Part shown: positions 9,729 to 17,975 of the stretch, in pieces | How positions within the stretch are numbered: position 1 is the stretch's first letter | How the letters are laid out: the number at the start of each line of letters is the position of its first letter | Assembly (NCBI GenBank): GCA_038131365.1 | Contig: JAYPPH010000006.1 | Coordinates: 120,971-184,970, forward strand | DNA: 64,000 nucleotides | Direction of reading: 5' to 3' | Source: Candidatus Marisalimonas marina | Lineage (GTDB): Bacteria > Pseudomonadota > Alphaproteobacteria > Puniceispirillales > Marisalimonadaceae | The notes under the pieces: model-generated | Told to the model about the DNA's origin: nothing | What the model saw: only the letters and a program-made list of their open reading frames with translations | Database searches by the model: none | Translations under genes and position numbers: made by a program

Positions 9729-10517
9729 ATGAGCTCTTTTGAAGAAAAACCAAGTGCTAAGCATATTGATGAGCTTTTTCCAAATTATTCTTCATTTGAA
9801 AGAGCTGTAAGTTATCCATATCCAGCTCCAGACTTTTCATTTTCTTTTTATAAAGGAGAATTTGTAAAGGGAATACGTCATGATCTAGAAAGTAGGATTC
9901 CTATTCTATCAGTGGGTTCTAATAGATCACCATATCAGTTAAAAAGGAAATTTACTTTAGACGAAGATATTTGCGTTACTCCAGCTATTTTGTTTGATTC
10001 AGATATCGTCTATGCGGCATCAATTTCAGCATATGGATCAGTGCCGGCTACACAGTGGCCAAGTAAGGGTGCTTCAGTAGCACTTAATGTATTATGGTTA
10101 AAAGAGGATCAATTAAATAAAATGCATCTTACTGAGGGGCTTGGCATTGCATACCACTTTGTCAAATTAACTACGGGAACAGTAAAAATAGAAGATTTTG
10201 ATTATACAAAAGATATTTATGGCTATATTTCAGTGCCGGGCGTTTTCCCATTCCAAGATAATCTTCCCCGAAGACTTTCTTCTATAGGTGGAGATAATAT
10301 TAAGCTCAATGAATTTTCAGAAACAAATGCAGTTCTTTATTTAAAAGAGACTATGGGTGATAAAAAGCTATCACTAGACCAGTGGTTAAAGAAAATTATA
10401 AATGATGAAGAATATAGATTTTCAAAACTTAAACTTTTACGTGCCAAAGCAATTAAGCCTAAAAATCCTAACTGGGAAATAGTTAATGTCACTACTAAAG
10501 GCAAGTTAATAGTTTAA
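9729..10517 (+). CDS. Hypothetical protein, possibly gamma-glutamylcyclotransferase-like fold
   Basis: 262-aa ORF starting 7 nt after the argC stop; ILSVGSNRSPYQL and QLNKMHLTEG resemble the GGCT YGSN and LDxxEG motifs (by eye only). Confidence 0.6.
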   Translation: MSSFEEKPSAKHIDELFPNYSSFERAVSYPYPAPDFSFSFYKGEFVKGIRHDLESRIPILSVGSNRSPYQLKRKFTLDEDICVTPAILFDSDIVYAASISAYGSVPATQWPSKGASVALNVLWLKEDQLNKMHLTEGLGIAYHFVKLTTGTVKIEDFDYTKDIYGYISVPGVFPFQDNLPRRLSSIGGDNIKLNEFSETNAVLYLKETMGDKKLSLDQWLKKIINDEEYRFSKLKLLRAKAIKPKNPNWEIVNVTTKGKLIV

Positions 10518-10523
10518 TATTAA

Positions 10524-10730
10524 TTAATTGGTAACTAAATAAGTGCTACTGTGCCATTTAAAAATAGCTATCGTTACTAAAATTAATGTGCCTAATATTA
10601 CATAGTTTAATATTCTTTTACCTTTATCATTCATAGAAGAATTATCTACTTTTTTAATTAAAAGAAAAACAATTCCCGCTAAAATTAAGAACCCTATACC
10701 GCCTATTAATACTGTATCCATAGAAAACAT
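10524..10730 (-). CDS. Small two-helix membrane protein of unknown function
   Basis: 68 aa, two hydrophobic stretches (VLIGGIGFLILAGIVFLLI; ILNYVILGTLILVTIAIF) joined by a Lys-rich loop; AAGGG RBS-like sequence before the ATG; fills the gap cleanly. Confidence 0.7.
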   Translation of the reverse strand: MFSMDTVLIGGIGFLILAGIVFLLIKKVDNSSMNDKGKRILNYVILGTLILVTIAIFKWHSSTYLVTN

Positions 10731-10743
10731 CCCTTATTTTTGT

Positions 10744-10762
10744 AATAATGATTATCATTATC
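10744..10762 (-). promoter_or_regulatory. Fur-box-like operator GATAATGATAATCATTATT
   Basis: Reverse complement of aataatgattatcattatc matches the classical Fur consensus GATAATGATAATCATTATC at 18/19; perfect 8-1-8 palindrome; 13 nt from the small-protein ATG. Confidence 0.7.
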
Positions 10763-10945
10763 AAAATTAAAAACGCATTGAAATCAATAACTTAGATATT
10801 TTTTTCAAAAAAAAATGATTTAAATTAATTTTTATTTGTTGATAATCTTTTAATTCTTTTTTATTGTCACCTTCAAAGTACTAACTAATAGTGCATAAAT
10901 CTAGCATTAGCTAGAATATATGACAAATATAAGGGGAGTTTATAA

Positions 10946-11710
10946 ATGTCTAAATTTTTAAAATATGCCTTACCAGCAGCTTTCATTTCGTCATTACCAT
11001 TCCTGGCTAATGCAGCAGATAGTGCTAACTTAAAGTCAGATGATTTTGTAGGAATTAGTTTCTGGTTAATTTCAATGGCTCTTGTAGCCTCAACTGCTTT
11101 CTTCTTTATGGAAACACAAAGAGTTTCTCCAAAGTGGAAAACATCTTTAACAGTTTCTGGTCTAGTAACTTTAGTTGCTGCAGTTCACTACTTCTACATG
11201 AGAGATGTATGGGTAGGAACTGGTGAGACACCAACTGTTTACAGATACATTGACTGGCTAATTACAGTTCCATTGTTAATGGTAGAATTTTACATTATCC
11301 TTAGAGCATGTACAGCGGTTGCTGGTGGTGTTTTCTGGAAACTAATGATTGGTTCTTTAGTAATGTTAATTGGTGGTTACTTAGGTGAAGCTGGTTACAT
11401 GAACGTAACTCTTGGTTTTGTTATAGGAATGGTTGGTTGGATATACATCCTATATGAGGTATTTGCTGGTGAAGCAAGTAAAGCTAGCGAAGAAGCTCCA
11501 GAGTCAGTTAAGTCAGCTTTCTCTACAATGAGATGGATTGTAACAATTGGTTGGGCAATTTACCCAATCGGTTACTTTATGGGTTATATGGCCGGTGGCG
11601 TGGATGATAATTCACTAAACATTATATATAACTTAGCTGACGTTCTTAATAAGATTGCATTTGGTGTAATTATTTGGAACGTTGCTGTAACTGAATCAGA
11701 AGCAGCATAG
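10946..11710 (+). CDS. prd: Proteorhodopsin, DTE proton pump, green-tuned (Leu105)
   Basis: Signal peptide ending ANA; AAVHYFYMR (His75); YRYIDWLITVPLLMVEF (D97, T101, L105, E108); LADVLNKIAFG (D227, retinal K231); RBS AAGGGGAG at 10931-10938. Confidence 0.98.
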   Translation: MSKFLKYALPAAFISSLPFLANAADSANLKSDDFVGISFWLISMALVASTAFFFMETQRVSPKWKTSLTVSGLVTLVAAVHYFYMRDVWVGTGETPTVYRYIDWLITVPLLMVEFYIILRACTAVAGGVFWKLMIGSLVMLIGGYLGEAGYMNVTLGFVIGMVGWIYILYEVFAGEASKASEEAPESVKSAFSTMRWIVTIGWAIYPIGYFMGYMAGGVDDNSLNIIYNLADVLNKIAFGVIIWNVAVTESEAA

Positions 11711-11729
11711 CTTTAATAATTAATTCTAT

Positions 11730-11762
11730 AAAAGCCTGCAGTTTATTCTGCAGGCTTTTTTT
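11730..11762 (+). terminator. Intrinsic terminator between proteorhodopsin and crtI
   Basis: AAAAGCCTGCAG-tttatt-CTGCAGGCTTTT perfect 12-bp stem followed by further T residues. Confidence 0.85.
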
Positions 11763-11799
11763 ATATTTAAACTACGGTAAAACTCTTAATTAGGTATAA

Positions 11800-13296
11800 A
11801 TGAAAAGAGAAATCAAAAAAAAATATGAAGTTAGTAGTATTGTTATTGGAGGAGGTTTTGGTGGTATAGCAGCCGCTCTTAGGTTAAGGGCTCTTGGTCA
11901 TGAAGTAACACTTTTAGAAAGATTAGAATCCTTGGGTGGTAGGGCACAAGTATTTAAAAAAAATGGTTATAAACATGATGCTGGTCCAACTGTCATAACA
12001 GCCCCTTTTTTATTTGACGAACTTTTTGAGCTTTTCGATGAAAAAAGGTCAGATTACGTCGAGTTTAAGCCTTTAGATCCATGGTATAGATTCCACTTTC
12101 ATGATGGCCAAACTTTTGATTATTCTCAAACAATTGAAAAAACAAAAGAAGAAATGAAAAGATTTTCGATCAGTGATGCCGAGAATTATGAAAAATTATT
12201 AAACGCTTCTAAATCTATATTTGATGTTGGGTTCACAAAGCTAGCAGACAAACCATTTAACTCATTTTTATTTATGCTAAAACAGATACCTTCTCTATTA
12301 AAACTTAAAAGTTATTTTACAGTTTCCCAATTGGTAAATAAATATATTAAAAATTCTAATTTACGAGCCGCTTTTTCTATTCATCCACTTTTAGTTGGTG
12401 GAAACCCCTTTTCAACGACCTCAATTTACGCCCTTATTCATTTTCTAGAAAGAAATTGGGGTGTTTATTTTAGTATGGGGGGTACAGGAAAATTAGTTGA
12501 AGAATTAACAAAATTATTAGATAGGTCTGGCGTAACAGTAAGGTACAAAGTAGACATTAAAACTGCGTATGAAGAAAATGGATTAATAAGAAAACTAGAA
12601 AGTATGGAAGGTGAAGAGTTTACTGCCGATAATATAATTTTTAATGGTGATCCACCTACCTTTTATAGTGAAATTTTAAACACAGATAGATTTATAAAAA
12701 AACGAAAGAAATTTTTACCAGAAAAATTTACAACTTACTCAATGGGTATGTTTGTTCTTTTTTTTGGAACAAAAAAACAATTTCCTAAAATTGCCCATCA
12801 TTCAATTTGGTTAGGTAAAAGATTTAAAGGTTTATTAACAGATATATTTGATAATAAGATTTTAAGTGAAGATTTCTCATTATATATACATCGACCTACT
12901 GCAACTGATAAAAGCTTTGCACCAAAAGGGTGTGATAGTTTTTATGTATTATGTCCTGTGCCAAATTTACTAGGAAACGTTGATTGGGAAATTGAAGGAC
13001 CTAAACTTCAGAAAAGGATTATTGAGGCCTTAGATAAAACTATCTTACCTGATCTTAATAAGGTTATTTGTGATGACTTCTATATGACACCAAAAGATTT
13101 TAAGACTAATTATCGATCAAAACACGGTGCAGGATTTTCTATTGCTCCAAATTTTTCCCAATCAGCTTGGTTCAGATATCATAATAAAGACCCACATATT
13201 GATAATTTATATTTTGCTGCTGCAGGTGCTCATCCAGGTGCTGGAGTTCCTGGAGTTTTATCTTCGGCTAAAGTTGTAGAAAGTCTTATTAAGTAA
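11800..13296 (+). CDS. crtI: Phytoene desaturase
   Basis: VIGGGFGGIAAALRL FAD motif, HDAGPTVIT, C-terminal HPGAGVPGVLSSAK. Confidence 0.95.
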   Translation: MKREIKKKYEVSSIVIGGGFGGIAAALRLRALGHEVTLLERLESLGGRAQVFKKNGYKHDAGPTVITAPFLFDELFELFDEKRSDYVEFKPLDPWYRFHFHDGQTFDYSQTIEKTKEEMKRFSISDAENYEKLLNASKSIFDVGFTKLADKPFNSFLFMLKQIPSLLKLKSYFTVSQLVNKYIKNSNLRAAFSIHPLLVGGNPFSTTSIYALIHFLERNWGVYFSMGGTGKLVEELTKLLDRSGVTVRYKVDIKTAYEENGLIRKLESMEGEEFTADNIIFNGDPPTFYSEILNTDRFIKKRKKFLPEKFTTYSMGMFVLFFGTKKQFPKIAHHSIWLGKRFKGLLTDIFDNKILSEDFSLYIHRPTATDKSFAPKGCDSFYVLCPVPNLLGNVDWEIEGPKLQKRIIEALDKTILPDLNKVICDDFYMTPKDFKTNYRSKHGAGFSIAPNFSQSAWFRYHNKDPHIDNLYFAAAGAHPGAGVPGVLSSAKVVESLIK

Positions 13297-13308
13297 AAGA
13301 GATTTTAA

Positions 13309-14214
13309 ATGGATACCCATATTCAAGATGCAAAATTAATTCTAAAAGAAAATGGGAAAAGTTTTAATTGGGCAGGTAAATTTTTACCGAGTAAATATAC
13401 TAATAGAGCTGCTGAGTTATATAGCTTTTGTAGAATTCTAGATGATATAGCCGATAGTGGAGATTCATTTTCTTTAGAGCAACTAAAGGGTATTAAAAGC
13501 TATCTTGTAAAAAATGATAAAAAATCAATATCAGGAATAAATTTCCCCAAATATTTTAATTCACTATCAAAAAAAGCTGCTATTGATTTGGTTGATGGTC
13601 TAATCTTAGATCAAAATTCTGTCTCTTTTGATAATCAATCTGAATTAATAAGATATTCTTATCAGGTAGCAGGAACCGTAGGGTTAATGATGTGTGATGC
13701 CTTAGAATGTAAGGATAAAAATGCGAATTTGTTTGCAATTGATCTTGGCATTGCAATGCAGCTCACAAATATTGCAAGAGACGTGTTGGAAGATGCAAGT
13801 ATGGGAAGAAGGTATCTGCCTGGAGCTTGGGTGAATAATCTATCGGCTAACGAAATAGTAAAAGCGGCTGAAAAAGGTGATGAGAAAAAAATTGAGATTG
13901 TTTCACTAGGAATAAAGAAATTATTAAATTTATCTGAAAAATATTATCTGAGTGGATCACAAGGGTTAGTTTATTTACCTTTAAAAATCAGAGTTGCTAT
14001 TTCAATTGCTGGTGGAGTTTATAGAGAAATAGGTATTCAACTAAAAAATGAAAATTATAATTGGCATATGGGTCGTCAAGTAACATCAAATATTACTAAG
14101 GCAAAAATTTCAGCAAAAAAAATCTTAACTGAAATTTTTAAGAAAAAAATTTATATTAATCATAAATCTGAACTTCATAAATATTTAAAAGAGTTTTACC
14201 CAATTGAAGTATAG
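13309..14214 (+). CDS. crtB: Phytoene synthase
   Basis: GKSFNWA, LYSFCRILDDIAD, YSYQVAGTVGLMM, LGIAMQLTNIARDVLEDA. Confidence 0.95.
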   Translation: MDTHIQDAKLILKENGKSFNWAGKFLPSKYTNRAAELYSFCRILDDIADSGDSFSLEQLKGIKSYLVKNDKKSISGINFPKYFNSLSKKAAIDLVDGLILDQNSVSFDNQSELIRYSYQVAGTVGLMMCDALECKDKNANLFAIDLGIAMQLTNIARDVLEDASMGRRYLPGAWVNNLSANEIVKAAEKGDEKKIEIVSLGIKKLLNLSEKYYLSGSQGLVYLPLKIRVAISIAGGVYREIGIQLKNENYNWHMGRQVTSNITKAKISAKKILTEIFKKKIYINHKSELHKYLKEFYPIEV

Positions 14215-15313
14215 TCAAATTGATATAATAGGAGGAGGATGTGCAGCTTTTTCATTAGCTAGGCTCATTAAAAAAACTTCATTAAATAATATTAATTTAT
14301 TTCTTGGTAAAAACTTCGATTTGAACAAGGACCATTTTTGGGGTTTTTGGAAAAATGAATTTAATGAAGATGCTTATAAAAATGCAGATCATATCTGGTA
14401 TAAATGGTCTATATGTACAGAAAACTCTAATATAATTCTCTCTTCTAAAACACACCCTTATTGCGTAATAAAGAAAAAAAAATGGCTAAGCTTTTGTCAA
14501 TCTGAGCTTAAAAACATCAAGGTTAATTATATAAAAGAAAATGTTATTGAAAGTGATAATGCTCTATTTGTTAATGATAAAGAAATAAATAGCGAATTAA
14601 TTTTTGATAGTAGACCTCCTGAAATTCCTTCAAATATCATGTTACAACATTTCCAAGGTTATGTAGTTGAGACTAAAGAAGATGTGTTTGATGATGCAAC
14701 TGCAATTCTGATGGATTTTAGATGTGACCAATCTAGAGGTATTCATTTTATTTATTTACTACCCTTTAGTAAAAAAAAAGCGTTAGTTGAATCAACAATG
14801 TTTTCAAAAAAAATTCAAAGTAAAAGCTTTTATAAAAGCGAGATCTCTAACTATCTTAAGAAACATTTTAATTTGACCTCCTTTACAACTAGTCACTATG
14901 AGGAGGGTGTAATACCGATGCATCAAATTTCAATTAAATCTCAATGCAGTCTTAGTATTGGTACAAGAGGAGGAGCTGTAAGACCCTCTTCTGGATATGC
15001 ATTTACTTTTATTCAAAAACAAGTATTTCAAATTTTTAACCAAATAAGGAAAGGTACTTTTATAAATACAAAAATTCATAATAATTTAGATCTGTTTTTA
15101 GATAAGGTTTTTATAAGTGTGATAGATAAATACCCTCAGTTAGCTCCTAAGATTTTTTCTAGTTTGGCAAGTAAATTAAGTGGAGATGAAATGGCACAGT
15201 TTATGTCAGGTGAATGTTCTAAATTAACAATATTTAAAGTAATTTTTGCTATGCCCAAACTACCTTTTATTAAATCTTTTATGTTGATGTTATTATCTAA
15301 TGCTAGAAATTAA
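14204..15313 (+). CDS. crtY: Lycopene beta-cyclase (TTG start overlapping crtB)
   Basis: IIGGGCAAFSLA, IFDSRP, LMDFR, FIYLLPFS, EEGVIPM, GGAVRPSSGYAF; position between crtB and blh. Confidence 0.88.
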   Translation: MKYSQIDIIGGGCAAFSLARLIKKTSLNNINLFLGKNFDLNKDHFWGFWKNEFNEDAYKNADHIWYKWSICTENSNIILSSKTHPYCVIKKKKWLSFCQSELKNIKVNYIKENVIESDNALFVNDKEINSELIFDSRPPEIPSNIMLQHFQGYVVETKEDVFDDATAILMDFRCDQSRGIHFIYLLPFSKKKALVESTMFSKKIQSKSFYKSEISNYLKKHFNLTSFTTSHYEEGVIPMHQISIKSQCSLSIGTRGGAVRPSSGYAFTFIQKQVFQIFNQIRKGTFINTKIHNNLDLFLDKVFISVIDKYPQLAPKIFSSLASKLSGDEMAQFMSGECSKLTIFKVIFAMPKLPFIKSFMLMLLSNARN

Positions 15314-16121
15314 TTTATATTGGTGGGATTATTTATCCTTTTTTTTAATTTTTTTTGTGGGTATACCTCATGGAGCCTTAGATGGTGCTATTTCAATAAC
15401 ATTAGGGTACTCAAAAAAAATTAGTCTCCAAATTCGTTTTCTAATAAGTTATTTATTATTCTCAAGTGTAATATTAATTTTTTGGTATTATTTTCCAGTT
15501 ATCTCACTAATAACTTTTATTTTAATAAGTATATTTCATTTTGGATGTGGTGATTTAAAATGGAATGCTGATAATTTTTACTATATCAGAGGTTATGTTC
15601 ATGGCAGTTTAATAGTTTTAGGAATAATTTTTCTAAATCCAAGTGAGGTAGAGCAATTCTTTAAAATTTTATCTGGCAATAATTTATCTTTATTATGGAT
15701 GTCTTTAAAAGCCATGCTTTTGTTTTGTGGTTTATCAATAATTTTCTTATTGATAAATTATAAAACAATAAATTTCTCTATTGATTATTTGAAATTAATG
15801 TTTCCAATCATTTTAATAATTTCCTTTTTTCCACCTTTATTAGCCTTTGCGCTATATTTTTGTTTTATACACAGCTTTAATCACATGAAAAGAATAATAC
15901 CAACTTTGTTTAACTTTATGAATAAAGCAAAAGCTATCTGGTTAATGGTAATATTTTCTTTACTAAGTTGGTTGGGAGGTGCATTCGCATTATATTATTT
16001 ATCATTTAACTTCAACCAAAATGAAGCTTTAATTAAAGTTATTTTTATTGGACTGGCTGCTTTAACGTTTCCGCATATGGTTCTTGTTGATGGTTTCTTT
16101 AGGCAGAAATTTAAAATTTAG
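15300..16121 (+). CDS. blh: Beta-carotene 15,15'-dioxygenase (Brp/Blh)
   Basis: GIPHGALD, SIFHFG, FCFIHSFNH, LAALTFPHMVLVD: four-His pattern in a polytopic membrane protein. Confidence 0.93.
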   Translation: MLEINLYWWDYLSFFLIFFVGIPHGALDGAISITLGYSKKISLQIRFLISYLLFSSVILIFWYYFPVISLITFILISIFHFGCGDLKWNADNFYYIRGYVHGSLIVLGIIFLNPSEVEQFFKILSGNNLSLLWMSLKAMLLFCGLSIIFLLINYKTINFSIDYLKLMFPIILIISFFPPLLAFALYFCFIHSFNHMKRIIPTLFNFMNKAKAIWLMVIFSLLSWLGGAFALYYLSFNFNQNEALIKVIFIGLAALTFPHMVLVDGFFRQKFKI

Positions 16122-16124
16122 ACT

Positions 16125-17042
16125 TTAGTAACTGATGAGGTTAGATAAAGAAAAAATTGTTAATAATAAGCCTAAATGCACATTAGATTTAAATATCTTT
16201 AGGGGGTGATTTTTGTTTAAGTCTTGAAGTTTAATAACTTGAAATAATAAATGAAGCCCACATATCATGACACCCAAAAACCAAAAATAGTTAGCCTTTA
16301 AAAAATATCCGCCCGCCATTAGTAAAATAAAACATAAAAAATATGAAATACTTACGAAAGCACTTAAAAAATTTTTTGCAGATACTGCAGAATTTTTAAC
16401 TCCTAATTTTTCATCTTCGTTTTTGTCCTGGCATCCATAAATTGTGTCGTAACCTATAATCCAGAAAACTGTTGCAAAATAAATTAAAATAATTCCTAAA
16501 TTCCAATTTTCACTGGCTGATGCCCATGCAGTAGGAACTGCCCAGCTAAATGTTAATCCTAGAACTACTTGAGGCCATTTGGTAAACCTTTTAGCCAAGG
16601 GGTAAATTATTACTAATGGTATTGCTGAGATTGCAACAAACCAAGTTTTAGTATTAAGTTGATATAAACAAATTAAACCAATGAGTGACATAATTAATAA
16701 AAAAATAAGGGCTTGATTAACTGAAATATCACCCTTTGCTAGAGGTCTATTTTTCGTCCGGGTTATTTTTTTATCAATGTCCTTGTCCCATAAGTCATTT
16801 ATTGTACAACCCGCAGCTCTCATAACAATGGAGCCTATAAGAAAGATAAACATAATTTTAAAACATTCAAGCAGACTTAAACTTGTTAAGGGAAGAACCC
16901 ACCAACCTGGTAAAAGTAAAAGCCAGAAGCCTACGGGTCTGTCAAATCTTCCTAGTCTAATCCATTTTACATAATTATTAGGTAAAGCGTCCCACCAACC
17001 GTTCTCTATGATGTCGCTATTATTAGTTTTTGGAATATTCAT
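16125..17042 (-). CDS. ubiA: 4-hydroxybenzoate polyprenyltransferase (likely start MNIPK at 17042)
   Basis: RFDRPVG, RAAGCTINDLWDKDID, RTKNRPL, YPLAKRFT, YDTIYGCQD. Confidence 0.93.
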   Translation of the reverse strand: MNIPKTNNSDIIENGWWDALPNNYVKWIRLGRFDRPVGFWLLLLPGWWVLPLTSLSLLECFKIMFIFLIGSIVMRAAGCTINDLWDKDIDKKITRTKNRPLAKGDISVNQALIFLLIMSLIGLICLYQLNTKTWFVAISAIPLVIIYPLAKRFTKWPQVVLGLTFSWAVPTAWASASENWNLGIILIYFATVFWIIGYDTIYGCQDKNEDEKLGVKNSAVSAKNFLSAFVSISYFLCFILLMAGGYFLKANYFWFLGVMICGLHLLFQVIKLQDLNKNHPLKIFKSNVHLGLLLTIFSLSNLISY

Positions 17043-17120
17043 AAATAATGCAATATCATCTAATCTTAGTGCGATCAATCTGCTGTAGATTTATTTTTTT
17101 AAAAAGCATAGATTTTACGA

Positions 17121-17876
17121 ATGAGAAATTTTTCATATCAGCCAAAAATAAGGTTACATATACCAGACAAGCTTATTCCTGATAAAAGACTTATTATTTC
17201 ATTGAAGCAATCACATTATTTAATCAATGTAATGAGAAAAAAAATTGATGAAAATTTACTAATTTTCAACGATGATTATGGAGAGTACTTAGCTAAAATA
17301 GAAAAAATAGAAAAGAAAAAAGTATCTTTAAATATTTTACGAAAGTTAAGAAATCCTGAAATTAAAAATGATATTTGGGTTATGTTTGCTCCAGTAAAGA
17401 AAACACCGAATGAGTATATTATTCAAAAGGCAACAGAATTAGGAGTATCCAAAATACTTCCAATATTAACTGAGAGGACAATTACACAAAAACTCAATTT
17501 AAATCGATTAAATGATATTGCTATAGAAGCTGCTGAGCAATGTGAGAGAATTACTATACCTGAAATTCTTCCTCCTCAAAAAATAATTAAGGTTATTCAA
17601 GATTGGGATGATAAGAGAAAGATATTATTCTGTGATGAGACAATAAGACATCAGGTCGAAAACAATTCTTCTAATGATAAATTATCTCCTTATTCTTCGG
17701 GGGCTATTTTAATTGGCCCAGAGGGAGGTTTTTCATCTGATGAAATAAAATATATTAGACAAAAAAACTTTGTAATTCCTATTAATTTAGGGCCAAGAAT
17801 TTTAAGGTCTGATACTGCAGTAATTACAGCTCTTACTATTTGGCAACTAACGAATGGTGATATGAAACAAGAGTAA
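17121..17876 (+). CDS. rsmE: 16S rRNA m3U1498 methyltransferase
   Basis: HYLINVMR, QKATELGV, EAAEQCER, IGPEGGFS, LGPRILRSDTA. Confidence 0.95.
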   Translation: MRNFSYQPKIRLHIPDKLIPDKRLIISLKQSHYLINVMRKKIDENLLIFNDDYGEYLAKIEKIEKKKVSLNILRKLRNPEIKNDIWVMFAPVKKTPNEYIIQKATELGVSKILPILTERTITQKLNLNRLNDIAIEAAEQCERITIPEILPPQKIIKVIQDWDDKRKILFCDETIRHQVENNSSNDKLSPYSSGAILIGPEGGFSSDEIKYIRQKNFVIPINLGPRILRSDTAVITALTIWQLTNGDMKQE

Positions 17877-17975
17877 TATTGTTGATATAAAAAAATTAAT
17901 AGTTTTAAAAATAAATTATATTATAAACTGTTAATATGTTAAGAATATACATCTCTTTATAAAAATGGGGTCCAT

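Noticed and set aside
10900-10915. TCTAGC-atta-GCTAGA hairpin in the proteorhodopsin leader
   Set aside because: Only 6 bp and no U tract; such stems occur by chance, and nothing else supports a function.
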